From NCBI GenBank assembly GCA_022703445.1, contig JAKLDR010000005.1:36107-100106 (forward strand): 64,000 bases of DNA. The letters run 5' to 3'. This DNA comes from Planctomycetota bacterium. Its GTDB lineage: Bacteria > Planctomycetota > SZUA-567 > JAKLDR01. The position numbers were made by a program, and so were the translations under genes. Below, piece after piece: positions 25,656-35,107 of the stretch. A model generated the notes under the pieces. That model made no database searches. It had not been told where the DNA came from and saw only the letters and a program-made list of their open reading frames with translations. Numbering within the stretch: the stretch's first letter is position 1; every line of letters starts with the position of its first letter.

Positions 25656-28442
25656 TTATTTGCCGGCTGCTTTCGCCACCTCCGCGCACAGCGCGAAGAG
25701 CCGGTCGTCGCGTTCCTGCCAGTTGGAGCACTCGAACGACTTGTAGTTCTGGAAGGCGCGCAGGTAGTACCGGGAGCGCTCGTCGAGCAGGCCGCCTATC
25801 TTCTTGACGCCGTCGGCTGAGACCTTCTTGTCCTCAAGCGCGCGCTCGAGATACAGGATCGCCTCGCCGACCTGCACGCCCTCGCGGAACATCTCCATGC
25901 GCTCGTTGAAGATGGCCCCGTCCGGGCCGGGGCTGAAGCAGGCCGCTATGGCGTCGCTCATGTCGATGCCGCTGCCGCCGTAGGAGACGCGCACCAGGCG
26001 CTTCTTCTCGCCGGTCGACTGGACCGGCCAGAAATCGCCGCCCAGGTAGCCCAGGCCGCAGATGTTGCCCTGCAGCGCGCCTTCGGTGACCAGACGGTAC
26101 TCGGCCAGCCGCGAGTTGTCGCAGAGGTTGTTCACGAACGACACCCCCTGGCGAGGGAATCCCAGGAAGACGTTCTTGGGCGTGGTCTGCCAGCGCTGGG
26201 GGTACTGCGGAAAGCCTTGGCGCTGGAACTGTCTCTGCCCGTCCTGCCCGATGCGCGCGTCGGGGTCGTAGAGCCCGCCGACGCCCCAGACGCCCTCGGA
26301 GCAGAGCACCGGCATCTTCACGTCCTTGGTCGTCCCCTGGTACTCGCTCGGGAAGGTGTGGGCGGTGTGCATCCACTTGCCGTCCGGCCAGATCTTCTTG
26401 AAGACGTCGACCAGCGACGGGTCGGCGGGCTTGGAGTAGTGCACCCAGCCGAAGGCGGCGACGTCGTACCAGCCGCGCTTGTCCAGGCGCTTCTTGAGCT
26501 CGACGAGCACCGGCCGCCAGAAGGCCTCGTTCTCCGGCGTGCCGAAGTCGGGTTGGGGCATCTCCGTCACCTTGCCGGTGGCCGGGTCGAAGACACTGAC
26601 GTTCTGCACCTTCTGCCCGGCCTTGCTCTTGGCCTCGTTGACCCGCTGCCAGGCATCCAGGCGCAGGACGCCGGGTTTGCCACAAGTCTTTTCGTAGAGC
26701 TCCAGATACTTGTCGAGGTTGGTGAAGTCGTAGTCGTAGCCGCCATCGGCCTTCTTCACCCAGCGGACCAGGCCTTCGCTGTTGCCCAGCGTGAAGCTGT
26801 CGGCCAGCAGGCTGGCAACGCAGATCCTGTTGCCGACCTGCCGGAAGGCGGCCAGCGACTTGCCCATCAGCTCGAAGTGCTTGTCGCTCCACATCGGCAC
26901 GTTGTAGTAGCGCGCCACCGAGTCCGGCGACTGGTAGATGTTGTGGTGGATGACGAAGTCCTTGGGGTCCGGCACCTTCCAGTCGTGAACCTTGAGCTCC
27001 ACCGGCACGGAGAGCTTCGCCGCGGCGCCGTCGGCCTCGACGGTCAGCGTCCCCTTGTACTCGCCGGCCGCGGCGTCGGCCGGCACCTGCACCGTCACCC
27101 AGACCGGCGCGATGGCCTGCTTGCGGTTGCCGACCGGCAGGGCTGTGATGTCCACCGGGAAGTCGGCGAGCAGGCGGTCGAAATAGCCGCCGCCGGCGTG
27201 GCCGTAGCCGCTCGTCGGAATCCAGCTGACGTTGGGCGTCGCCGCCTCGGCCCGGCGGACCTGGATCGCCGTGGCCGGGATCCTGGCCTTGCCATCTGCC
27301 CCGGCGAGGTCGGAGACCGAGGCCTTCAAACCCTTGATGTTCTCCGGGGAGGTCACGGCCACCTTGCCGGAGAAGAAACCGTTGCGCGCGCCGACGATGC
27401 GGATCGGGCGGACCTGCACGCCGGGCAGCGCCAGCTCGTTCGTGAAGACCGTCTCGATCGGCTGGTTGTTGACGATCTGCAAACCGGCCGAGGCGTCGTT
27501 GAGGTCGAGCCCCGCCGGCGTCGGGGCGGTGAGCTTGGCCTCCACCACCATGGCGTGCGGCCACTGGACGTCGCCGGCCCAGGTCACGTTGCCGACGGTC
27601 TTCTCGTAGACCAGCTCGTTGACCGGCGCGGTGTGCACCTCGATGGCGATCACGTTCACGCCCTTGCGGAGCATGGCCGGGGGGATGGCCACGCCGTCGG
27701 CCGCACCCTTGGCCGGGAGGTCCCGCCGCCAGAACTTCAGCCCCTCGAGCATGCCGGGCTTGCACCGCGGATCCTCGTAGTAGCCGTAGATCCAGCCGCC
27801 CCAGTACCCGCGGAACTTGTTGTCCGCGGTGACGTAGGCCTCGTCCGGGTAGCGCGTGGCGAAGGTGTCGAAGGCCAGCTTCCCCTCGGGGAGGTGGCCG
27901 CGGGCGAGCTCGGCGCCGTTGACGTAGACGATCGCCCCGCCGAAGTAGCCCAGGGTCAGCTTGAGGTTCGCGGCCTGGGCCGGGTCGGACACCCGGAAGG
28001 TGCTGCGCAGGCAGACCAGGTTGCCCTCGTACGGGCCGCTCGGCTGATACTTCGGGTCGGTCATGTAGCCGGTGGGATTCTTCACCGCCAGCGCCACCCA
28101 GAGGAGGCGCGGGTTCCAGCTGGGATGGTTGATCTCGAGCTTGGGCCAGGCGCTGTCGTCAAACTCCGCGGTCGCCCAGTTGGCCGCGGGCAGTCCCGAA
28201 GCCACCATCGGCACCGGCTTACGGTCCTCGTCCTTCAACTCCTTGCGCTTGCGCTCCAGGAGCGGCTTGAGCTTGCCGTCGGGCGAGATCAGCGTCGGCG
28301 TCTTCCAGCCGATGAAGGCCCGGAAGGTCGCCTGGTTGAGATCGAGAACCACCGTCTCAGCCGGCGGCTTGGGCGGTTCGCCGGCGAGGGCCGCGGTGGC
28401 CGCAAGGAACCAAGCTGCCGCACAGGTCAGAGCTAGACGCAT
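25656..28442 (-). CDS. secreted DUF4091/GH123-like protein, paralog 3 of 4
   Basis: ORF 25656..28457 (TTG). I prefer ATG 28442 (MRLALTCAAAWFLAATAALAGEPP), which is preceded by GAGGAGG. Very similar to paralog 4 by eye. Confidence 0.85.
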   Translation of the reverse strand: MRLALTCAAAWFLAATAALAGEPPKPPAETVVLDLNQATFRAFIGWKTPTLISPDGKLKPLLERKRKELKDEDRKPVPMVASGLPAANWATAEFDDSAWPKLEINHPSWNPRLLWVALAVKNPTGYMTDPKYQPSGPYEGNLVCLRSTFRVSDPAQAANLKLTLGYFGGAIVYVNGAELARGHLPEGKLAFDTFATRYPDEAYVTADNKFRGYWGGWIYGYYEDPRCKPGMLEGLKFWRRDLPAKGAADGVAIPPAMLRKGVNVIAIEVHTAPVNELVYEKTVGNVTWAGDVQWPHAMVVEAKLTAPTPAGLDLNDASAGLQIVNNQPIETVFTNELALPGVQVRPIRIVGARNGFFSGKVAVTSPENIKGLKASVSDLAGADGKARIPATAIQVRRAEAATPNVSWIPTSGYGHAGGGYFDRLLADFPVDITALPVGNRKQAIAPVWVTVQVPADAAAGEYKGTLTVEADGAAAKLSVPVELKVHDWKVPDPKDFVIHHNIYQSPDSVARYYNVPMWSDKHFELMGKSLAAFRQVGNRICVASLLADSFTLGNSEGLVRWVKKADGGYDYDFTNLDKYLELYEKTCGKPGVLRLDAWQRVNEAKSKAGQKVQNVSVFDPATGKVTEMPQPDFGTPENEAFWRPVLVELKKRLDKRGWYDVAAFGWVHYSKPADPSLVDVFKKIWPDGKWMHTAHTFPSEYQGTTKDVKMPVLCSEGVWGVGGLYDPDARIGQDGQRQFQRQGFPQYPQRWQTTPKNVFLGFPRQGVSFVNNLCDNSRLAEYRLVTEGALQGNICGLGYLGGDFWPVQSTGEKKRLVRVSYGGSGIDMSDAIAACFSPGPDGAIFNERMEMFREGVQVGEAILYLERALEDKKVSADGVKKIGGLLDERSRYYLRAFQNYKSFECSNWQERDDRLFALCAEVAKAAGK

Positions 28443-28460
28443 GATGGACCTCCTCAAGTA

Positions 28461-28582
28461 AGGTTTCAGGTTTCAGTGTTCAGCCTTTCGACAAGCTCAA
28501 GGCCCTGAGCAGCGTCGAAGGGGTGTCAGAGACTGGGCCTGACACCCGAAACCTGACACCCGAAACCTGACACCTGAAACCT
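28461..28582. repeat. nested-palindrome intergenic repeat, copy 2 (inverted relative to copy 1)
   Basis: The reverse complement aligns with 17439-17542. The inner palindrome is at 28484-28523 (CCTTTCGACAAGCTCAAGG / CCCTGAGCAGCGTCGAAGGGG). Confidence 0.85.
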
Positions 28583-28587
28583 CGCTG

Positions 28588-31332
28588 TCACTTCCCGCCC
28601 ATCGCCTTCGCCACCTCCGCGCACAGCGCGAAGAGCCGATCGTCGCGCTCCTGCCAGCCCGAGCCGGCGAAGACATGGAAGGTCGAGCCGTGCTCCTCGG
28701 CCCGGAGCATATGCCGGGCGCGCTCGTCGAGCAGGTCATTGATCTTCTTGGCGACCTCGGGCGAGACCTTCTTGTCCTCCATGGCGCGCTGCAGGAAGAA
28801 GATCGCCTCGCCGACCTGCACGCCCTCGCGGAAGATCTCCATGCGCTCGTTGAAGGCGGCGCCGTCCGGTCCCGGGCTGAAGCAGGCCACGACGGCATCC
28901 TGCATGTCGATGCCCTGGCCGCCGTAGGAGACGCGCACCAGCCGCTTCTTCTCTCCGGTCGACTGAACCGGCCAGAAGTCGCCGCCCAGGTAGCCCAGGC
29001 CCCACAGGTTGCCCTGGATGGTCATCTCGGTGACGGCCTTGTAGGCCGCGAGCCTGGAGCCGTCGTACAGGGCGTTGATGAACTGCACGCCGAACCGCGG
29101 GAAGCCCAGGATGACGCTCTTGGGGCCGTGCCGCCAATGCTGGGGATACTGGTTCTGGTACTTCTTCTGGAAGTACGGGTTGTCCGGGTCGTAGAGGTCC
29201 CCGCAGCCCCAGACGTACTCGTCGCACATGACCGGCATCTTCACGTCCTTGGTCGTCCCCTGGTACTCGAGCGGGCAGGTGTGGGCGGTGTGCATCCACT
29301 TGCCATCGGGCCAGATCTTCTTGAAGACGTCGACCATCTGCGGGTCGGCGGGCTTCGAGTAGTGCACCCAGCCGAAGGCGGCCACGTCGTACCAGCCGCG
29401 CTTGTCCAGGCGCTTCTTGAGCTCGACGAGCACCGGCCGCCAGAAGGCCTCGTTCTCCGGCGTGCCGAACGGCGGCTGGGGCAACTGGTCGACCTTGCCG
29501 GTGGCCGGGTCGAAGACGCTGACGTTCTGGACGGTCTGACCGCTCTTGGCCTTGGCCTCGTTGATCCGCTGCCAGGCGTCCAGGCGCAGGACGCCGGGCT
29601 TGCCGGAGGTCTTCTCGTAGAGATCCAGGTACTTGTCGAGAATGGTGAAGTCGTAGTCATAGGCCGCTTGCCCTGAGCCTGCCGAAGGGTCGGCCTTCTT
29701 GACCCAGCGCACCATGCCTTCGCTGTTGCCCAGCGTGAAGCTGTCGGCCAGCAGGCTGGCGACGCACATCCTATTGCCAACCTGCTTGAAGGCGGCCAGC
29801 GACTTGCCCATCAGCTCGAAGTGCTTGTCGCTCCACATGGGCACGTTGTAGTAGCGGGCCACCGAGTCCGGGGACTGGTAGAAGTTGTGGTGGATGACGA
29901 AGTCCTTGGGGTCCGGCGCCTTCCAGTCGTGAACCTTGAGCTCCACCGGCACGTCGAACTTGGCCGCCGCCGCGCCCTCGGCCTCGACGGTCAGCGTCCC
30001 CTTGTACTCGCCGGCCGCGGCGTCGGCCGGCACCGGCACAGTCACCCAGATCGGCACTATGACCTGCTTGCGGTTGCCGGCCTGGGGGACGCTGGCCGGG
30101 AAGTCGGCGACGAGCCGGTCGAACTGCCCCTGGGCCCAACCGGTCTGCGGCGCGGTCAGCTCCGCCCGGCGGACCTGTACCGCCGCAGCCGGAATCTTGG
30201 CCTTGCCGTCCGCCCCGGTGAGGTCCGAAACGAACGCTTTGAGGTTCCTAACTGCCTCGGCCGAGGTCAGCACCACCTTGCCGGAGAAGACGCCGTTGCG
30301 CGCCCCCACCATGCGGATGGGGTTGAGCTTGGCGCTCAGTGCCGGCGTCTCGTTCACGTAGACCGAGTCGATCGACTGGACGTTGGCCAGCTGGATCCCC
30401 GAGCCCAGGCCCGCACCGTCCAGGCCGGCCGCCGACGGCGCGATCAGCCGGGCGCTCACCACCATGCAGTGCGGGAAGGGCTTCTGGTGTTCGCCGGTCC
30501 AGGTCGTCTTCCCGTCGGTCAGTTCGAAGACCAGCTCGTTGACCGGGGCGGCGCGCACCTCGATGGCGATCACGTTGGCGCCCTTGCGGAGGGCCGAGGA
30601 GGGAATGGCCAGGCCGCCCGGCGCACCATCCTTGCCGGCGAACTCCCGGCGCCGGCCCTTCAGGGCCTCGTTGGTGAACTCCGGGGTCTTGTAGTTGAGG
30701 GTGCCGCCCCGGCTGTCGATGACATAGGGGCGGAACTTCTTGTCCGCGGTGACGTAGGCGTCCTCGGGGTAGGGCGTGGCCATGGTCTCGGGCGCGAGCT
30801 TTCCCTCCTGGAGATGGGCCCGCCCCAGTTCTGCGCCGTTCACGTAGACGACGGCGCCGCCGGTGAAGCCCAGATCGAGCCGGAGGTCCTTGACCTGCGC
30901 GGGGTCGGCGACCTTGAACGTCCCGCGCATGCAGACCAGGTTGCCCTCCAACACGTTCCTCGAGGCGTAGCGCTTGTCGGCATAGGGGGCGCTGGCCATC
31001 CAGCTGTTGACCGTCACCCACTTGTTGCAGCGCGGCCAGACGCTGTCGTCGAACTCCGGCGCGAACCAGTTGGCCGGCGGGGGAGCCGAGGAACGCACGG
31101 CGAGCGGCTTGCGGTCCTCGTCTTTCAACTCCTTGCGCTTGGGCTCGAGCAGGGGCTTGAGCTTGCCGTCCGCCGAGATCAGCGTTGGCGTCTTCCAGCC
31201 CACGAAGGCCCGGAAGGAGGACTGCTCGAGATCCAGGACCACGGTATCCGGGTTGGGCCTGGGCGGTTCGCCGGCGAGGGTCGCCGCCGCCATCAGGAGC
31301 CAGGCTGCCGCGCACGTCAGGATCAGGCGCAT
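28588..31332 (-). CDS. secreted DUF4091/GH123-like protein, paralog 4 of 4
   Basis: The track ORF 28588..32709 is a stop-free read-through. The real start is ATG 31332 (MRLILTCAAAWLLMAAATLAGEPP), preceded by AAGGAG. 914 aa, collinear with the paralogs. Confidence 0.85.
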   Translation of the reverse strand: MRLILTCAAAWLLMAAATLAGEPPRPNPDTVVLDLEQSSFRAFVGWKTPTLISADGKLKPLLEPKRKELKDEDRKPLAVRSSAPPPANWFAPEFDDSVWPRCNKWVTVNSWMASAPYADKRYASRNVLEGNLVCMRGTFKVADPAQVKDLRLDLGFTGGAVVYVNGAELGRAHLQEGKLAPETMATPYPEDAYVTADKKFRPYVIDSRGGTLNYKTPEFTNEALKGRRREFAGKDGAPGGLAIPSSALRKGANVIAIEVRAAPVNELVFELTDGKTTWTGEHQKPFPHCMVVSARLIAPSAAGLDGAGLGSGIQLANVQSIDSVYVNETPALSAKLNPIRMVGARNGVFSGKVVLTSAEAVRNLKAFVSDLTGADGKAKIPAAAVQVRRAELTAPQTGWAQGQFDRLVADFPASVPQAGNRKQVIVPIWVTVPVPADAAAGEYKGTLTVEAEGAAAAKFDVPVELKVHDWKAPDPKDFVIHHNFYQSPDSVARYYNVPMWSDKHFELMGKSLAAFKQVGNRMCVASLLADSFTLGNSEGMVRWVKKADPSAGSGQAAYDYDFTILDKYLDLYEKTSGKPGVLRLDAWQRINEAKAKSGQTVQNVSVFDPATGKVDQLPQPPFGTPENEAFWRPVLVELKKRLDKRGWYDVAAFGWVHYSKPADPQMVDVFKKIWPDGKWMHTAHTCPLEYQGTTKDVKMPVMCDEYVWGCGDLYDPDNPYFQKKYQNQYPQHWRHGPKSVILGFPRFGVQFINALYDGSRLAAYKAVTEMTIQGNLWGLGYLGGDFWPVQSTGEKKRLVRVSYGGQGIDMQDAVVACFSPGPDGAAFNERMEIFREGVQVGEAIFFLQRAMEDKKVSPEVAKKINDLLDERARHMLRAEEHGSTFHVFAGSGWQERDDRLFALCAEVAKAMGGK

Positions 31333-31357
31333 GATCGCTCTCCTTCTTCCTCTCAGG

Positions 31358-31448
31358 CTCCCTCTCCCCTTGAGGGAAAGGGCCGGGGTGAGGGGTGTGC
31401 CAGGGCGAGAACCCCTCACCCTTTCCCTCTCCCGCAGGGGGAGAGGGG
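31358..31448. repeat. intercistronic imperfect palindrome built from GGGGAGAGGG/GGGAAAGGG words
   Basis: Left arm CTCCCTCTCCCCTTGAGGGAAAGGGCCGGGGTGAGGGG pairs with right arm CCCCTCACCCTTTCCCTCTCCCGCAGGGGGAGAGGGG. It lies between the stop at 31464 and the start at 31332. Confidence 0.75.
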
Positions 31449-31463
31449 ATCTGTAGGGAAGGG

Positions 31464-32582
31464 TCACTTGCCCGCCGTCCTGATGAAGTACAGGTTCTCC
31501 TTGCCGCTGGCCAGGAGCACGAAGCCCTTGAGCCCCGGCGCGTAGCGGAAGCGGTTGTTGATGCCGGCGCCGCCGGCGGGCGGCGGGTGCTTCGAGCCCG
31601 GGCCGAGGGTCAGGATGCTCATCTCCCACTCGTTGCCGTCGGCGGGCTTCACGGCGTAGATCCGGCCGGCGTCGGCCTTCTCGACGCCGTTGTAGAAGAG
31701 GAAGCGGTCGCCGTCCGGGTCGTAGTCCATGCCGGAGTAGACCGGCTTGTCCTTTTTGAACTGCTCGAGCGCCTCGCCGGGCTTGATGGTCACCTGGATG
31801 GACTCGTTGCCGGCGGCCGGCACGCGCACCGCAGTGACCACGTTCATGTCGCCGTAGCCCTGGCCGTCGCCGACGTTCAGGCCGAAGATCTGGTTGCGCT
31901 TGGTGTCGAAGGCGTAGGGGAAGCGCACGCCGTTGCGGGCGCGCTTGGTGATCGGGCTGCTCCAGGTCTTGGTCGCGGGGGTCCACTTCATCAACCCCTG
32001 GGTCCAGAGGTCGCCGGTGGCCGGGTCGGCCACCACGCCGTAGCCGCCGCCCTTGGGCACGTCCGGCCAGGTGCCGGCCGGGTCCCACTTGTTGGCGGCC
32101 AGGTCGAAGCCGTCGAGCTTGGGATGCTCGTGCGCGCCCGGCCAGGTGAAGCGGTTGCCGACCAGCATGACCCGGTCGAGCGAGGGCACGTAGAGCGAGG
32201 AGTGATAGGTGTGGCGCGACGTCGGCTTGCCGTCGGCGTTGTAGGCCACGTTCTGGGCGCGGTCCGCCGAGGGCGCGCAGCGCTGGACCCACTTGGGGGC
32301 GTCGGCGCGCAGGTCGATCGAAACCACCCGGTTGTCGTTGGAGCCGCCGTGGCCGCCGGCCGCGGCGATCACGATCTCGCAGGTGCCCGGTCTGAAGGCC
32401 ATGCCGCAGAAGTCGTTGACCGGCGCGCCGCCGGCGCCGGCCGTGCCCTCGATGGGGAGCCACTCGTTGAGCGCCTTGCCGGCCAGCCAGGCGGGGGTCT
32501 TGACCTCCTCGGCGGCGGGGGACGCCGTGCCGGCGCAGAGCGCCATCAAGGCGAAGATGGCGGATGCAAAGGGCTTCATCAT
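31464..32582 (-). CDS. secreted hypothetical protein, probable beta-propeller, distant paralog of 23078..24355
   Basis: ORF 31464..32606 (GTG). I prefer ATG 32582 (MMKPFASAIFALMALCAGTASPAAEE), preceded by GGAGAG. 372 aa. Confidence 0.75.
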   Translation of the reverse strand: MMKPFASAIFALMALCAGTASPAAEEVKTPAWLAGKALNEWLPIEGTAGAGGAPVNDFCGMAFRPGTCEIVIAAAGGHGGSNDNRVVSIDLRADAPKWVQRCAPSADRAQNVAYNADGKPTSRHTYHSSLYVPSLDRVMLVGNRFTWPGAHEHPKLDGFDLAANKWDPAGTWPDVPKGGGYGVVADPATGDLWTQGLMKWTPATKTWSSPITKRARNGVRFPYAFDTKRNQIFGLNVGDGQGYGDMNVVTAVRVPAAGNESIQVTIKPGEALEQFKKDKPVYSGMDYDPDGDRFLFYNGVEKADAGRIYAVKPADGNEWEMSILTLGPGSKHPPPAGGAGINNRFRYAPGLKGFVLLASGKENLYFIRTAGK

Positions 32583-32602
32583 CTTGGTTCTCTCCAAAAA
32601 GC

Positions 32603-35107
32603 TCACTTGGCCTCGGCCGTATCCTCGGCCGCAAAGACCTTGTCAACCCGGACGAGGCGGTGGTTGAGGGCGTCGCCGACGTAGATGAACTTGTCGCTGG
32701 CGCCGGCAAAGACCGGCCAGCCCAGCGGGATCTCGGGCTTCGGTTCGGCGCTCTTCGGCCCCTGGGCGTCCCAGTTGCCGTAGCCGCCGAAGGAAAGGAT
32801 GGTGTTGTCGGAGTTGTCCACGAGCGTCACCTTGTAGGTCGAGCCGTTGGGGATGTAGAGCCGGCCGTAGGCGTCGACGTCGAAGCGCGCCTTGGTGCAG
32901 CGGCAGCAGGCGCCGAGCGAGCCCCAGGCGCCGGAGATCGGGCCGCACGCCGGTCCGTAGGTCCGCAGCGCGCCGACCGGGACGCCCTTCTGGAACTCGC
33001 CGCCCTTGGGGCCGAACTTGTAGATGGCACCGCAAGTCCCCTGGTAGGCCGGGTCCTTCTCGAAGCCCTTGGGCGGGACGTGCCCCTTGGGCAGGCCGAT
33101 CTGCAGAACGTAGACGTTGCCGGCCGCGTCCGCCCGGACGCTGCCGCTCTGGTCGAGCATGCCGGTGACCAGCGCCGGCACGGGCGTCTTGATGTCCAGG
33201 CCGTGTCCGGACTGACCGGGGATCGCCTTGCGCTCGAACTCGACGGGCTTGCCGTCGGGCTCGAAGGCCTGGACCAGGCAGGTGTTGCAGCCGTTGGTCA
33301 CGTAGAGCCGGCCGTCCGGGGCGTAATCGAGGCCGGCCACCGAGTTGCCGCGCCCCATGCGCCCCATGCCGTTGACGTAGGTGTCCTTGCCGGTGGCCAG
33401 CGGAGCGGGTTTGAAGTCCCGGGTGTAGCGCTTCAGTGGCCCGGTCCAGCCCTGCCAGACGCAGAACGTCCCGTCGGGGGCGACCGCCACGTCGACTCCT
33501 CCGACGGGCGTCAGGCCGCCCTCGCCGGTCTCGCCGTTGAATCTCCAGATTTGCCTGGAGTCGGTGACGTAGACGAGTTCGGCGGAGGTGTCCACGTCGC
33601 CGAAACACACGAAACCGACGACGTTCTTGTCGGCGTTGAGGATGCTTCCGCCGGAGTCGGCCAGCTCCGCCCCGCGGTCCTCGAGACGCAGCAGTTGCCC
33701 GCCACCTCCGAGCCAGATGACCGGCTTGTCGCCGGACTCGTCAAGGGCCATGGACTCGGGGGGAATGCCCTTGAGCGGAAGCTTGGCGACGACCTTGGCG
33801 TCCGCCCCACGGCCGGTGACCTTGAGCAGCGTCGCCGCGCCCGGCCGGAACGAGGGGTGGCTGTCGGAGACAGAGCAGGACAGCACGTAGAGCGTCCCGG
33901 CCTTGGAGCTGACCATCACCCGGTCGGGCCAGGGCACCTTGGTGGCGCCGAGCTTCTGGCCCTCGGGGCTGACCTCGACCACCTCCTGGTTGACCAGGTC
34001 GCAGACGAACACGTTGCCCTTGGCGTCGACGTCGAGGCCCGCCGCGGCGGTCCGCTTGTTCCAGGCGTTGGGCAGCCAGTACTTCTGCTTGTCGTAGTCG
34101 GGCAGCTCCAGGTCGTAGAACTTCTCGGGGTCGGAACCGGCCCTGGAGAGGTCCTGGCGGTAGACCCGCCCCTGGGGGAACTGCTTGTCCATCTTCGAGG
34201 GGTGAACGTCCTTGTCCGCGGGGGTGTTGGCCACGTTCGAGTAGTACGCGTACTTGCCGTCCGGCGAGAAGGCCAGCTGCGGCGCGAGCCCGTTGGCCCA
34301 CTTGAGCTTCTCCGGCTTCGAACGCATGGGCACGGTCCGGACCGCGTTGGAGCCGTCGACCTTGAAGAAGGTCAGCCGGGCCGAGCCGTTGTCCGTGAAG
34401 ATCACGTTTCCGTCCACCACCCGGGAGTAGAGGTTCTCGCCGAAGTTGAAGAGCACCACATCCAGCCCGGAGTTGTTCCCGGGGGTCAGCAGCCCGTCGC
34501 CGGCGTCGATCAGGCGGAAGCCCGAGGCCTTGGCCGGCTCGGTCGATGGCGGATAGGGCAGGAGCGTTTTCTGGTACTTGCCGGCCCGGTCGAACCGGCG
34601 CAGCTGCCAGGGCAGCCCCTGGTGGAGGTTGCCCACCGCCGAGGTCATCTTGGCGTAGAGCGTCCCGTCCGGGGCCGTGGCCAGCCCCGCCACCTCCGAC
34701 CACAGCTCGCCGGTGTAGGGGCTGGTGCCGATGATCCGGCCGAACTTGGCGGACATGCCGGCGCGGACCCGGAACTTGAAGGGCCCGCCGGCCGCGGGCT
34801 TGCCGGCGTCGTCCTTGCCGTCCCAGACCAGCGATTGGGCGAGCCCTGCCGCGAGCGGCTCGGGCGGAGGATTCTTAGCCCCGAGGACCCCGGCGGCCAG
34901 ATGCCGCACGGCCTTGCCGTCGGCGCCGAGCACCGCCACCTCGACGTCGGTCGGCGCGGAGACGGTGAAGGTGATCTTCACCTTGTCGCCGTCTTTGGCT
35001 GCCGCCGGCTTGGCGGCGAAGGACACTTCGCCGGCGAGGACGGCAGAAGCCCCGACCGCGGCGGTAAAAACCATCATGCCCAGCATCGGAATCACACCCT
35101 TGCTCAT
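32603..35107 (-). CDS. secreted FlgD-Ig-like + NHL/beta-propeller repeat protein, paralog 2 of 2
   Basis: 834 aa. The N-terminus aligns with paralog 1 (AAKPAAAKDGDKVKITFTVSAPTDVEVAVLGADGK...). SD GAGGAG. ATGA overlap with the upstream gene. Confidence 0.85.
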   Translation of the reverse strand: MSKGVIPMLGMMVFTAAVGASAVLAGEVSFAAKPAAAKDGDKVKITFTVSAPTDVEVAVLGADGKAVRHLAAGVLGAKNPPPEPLAAGLAQSLVWDGKDDAGKPAAGGPFKFRVRAGMSAKFGRIIGTSPYTGELWSEVAGLATAPDGTLYAKMTSAVGNLHQGLPWQLRRFDRAGKYQKTLLPYPPSTEPAKASGFRLIDAGDGLLTPGNNSGLDVVLFNFGENLYSRVVDGNVIFTDNGSARLTFFKVDGSNAVRTVPMRSKPEKLKWANGLAPQLAFSPDGKYAYYSNVANTPADKDVHPSKMDKQFPQGRVYRQDLSRAGSDPEKFYDLELPDYDKQKYWLPNAWNKRTAAAGLDVDAKGNVFVCDLVNQEVVEVSPEGQKLGATKVPWPDRVMVSSKAGTLYVLSCSVSDSHPSFRPGAATLLKVTGRGADAKVVAKLPLKGIPPESMALDESGDKPVIWLGGGGQLLRLEDRGAELADSGGSILNADKNVVGFVCFGDVDTSAELVYVTDSRQIWRFNGETGEGGLTPVGGVDVAVAPDGTFCVWQGWTGPLKRYTRDFKPAPLATGKDTYVNGMGRMGRGNSVAGLDYAPDGRLYVTNGCNTCLVQAFEPDGKPVEFERKAIPGQSGHGLDIKTPVPALVTGMLDQSGSVRADAAGNVYVLQIGLPKGHVPPKGFEKDPAYQGTCGAIYKFGPKGGEFQKGVPVGALRTYGPACGPISGAWGSLGACCRCTKARFDVDAYGRLYIPNGSTYKVTLVDNSDNTILSFGGYGNWDAQGPKSAEPKPEIPLGWPVFAGASDKFIYVGDALNHRLVRVDKVFAAEDTAEAK

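Noticed and set aside
28588-32709. 1373-aa ORF that appears to fuse DUF4091 paralog 4 with upstream sequence
   Set aside because: The N-terminal ~458 aa are low-complexity and overlap the 31464..32582 gene in another frame. A canonical signal-peptide start (ATG 31332 with AAGGAG) aligns with the other three paralogs.
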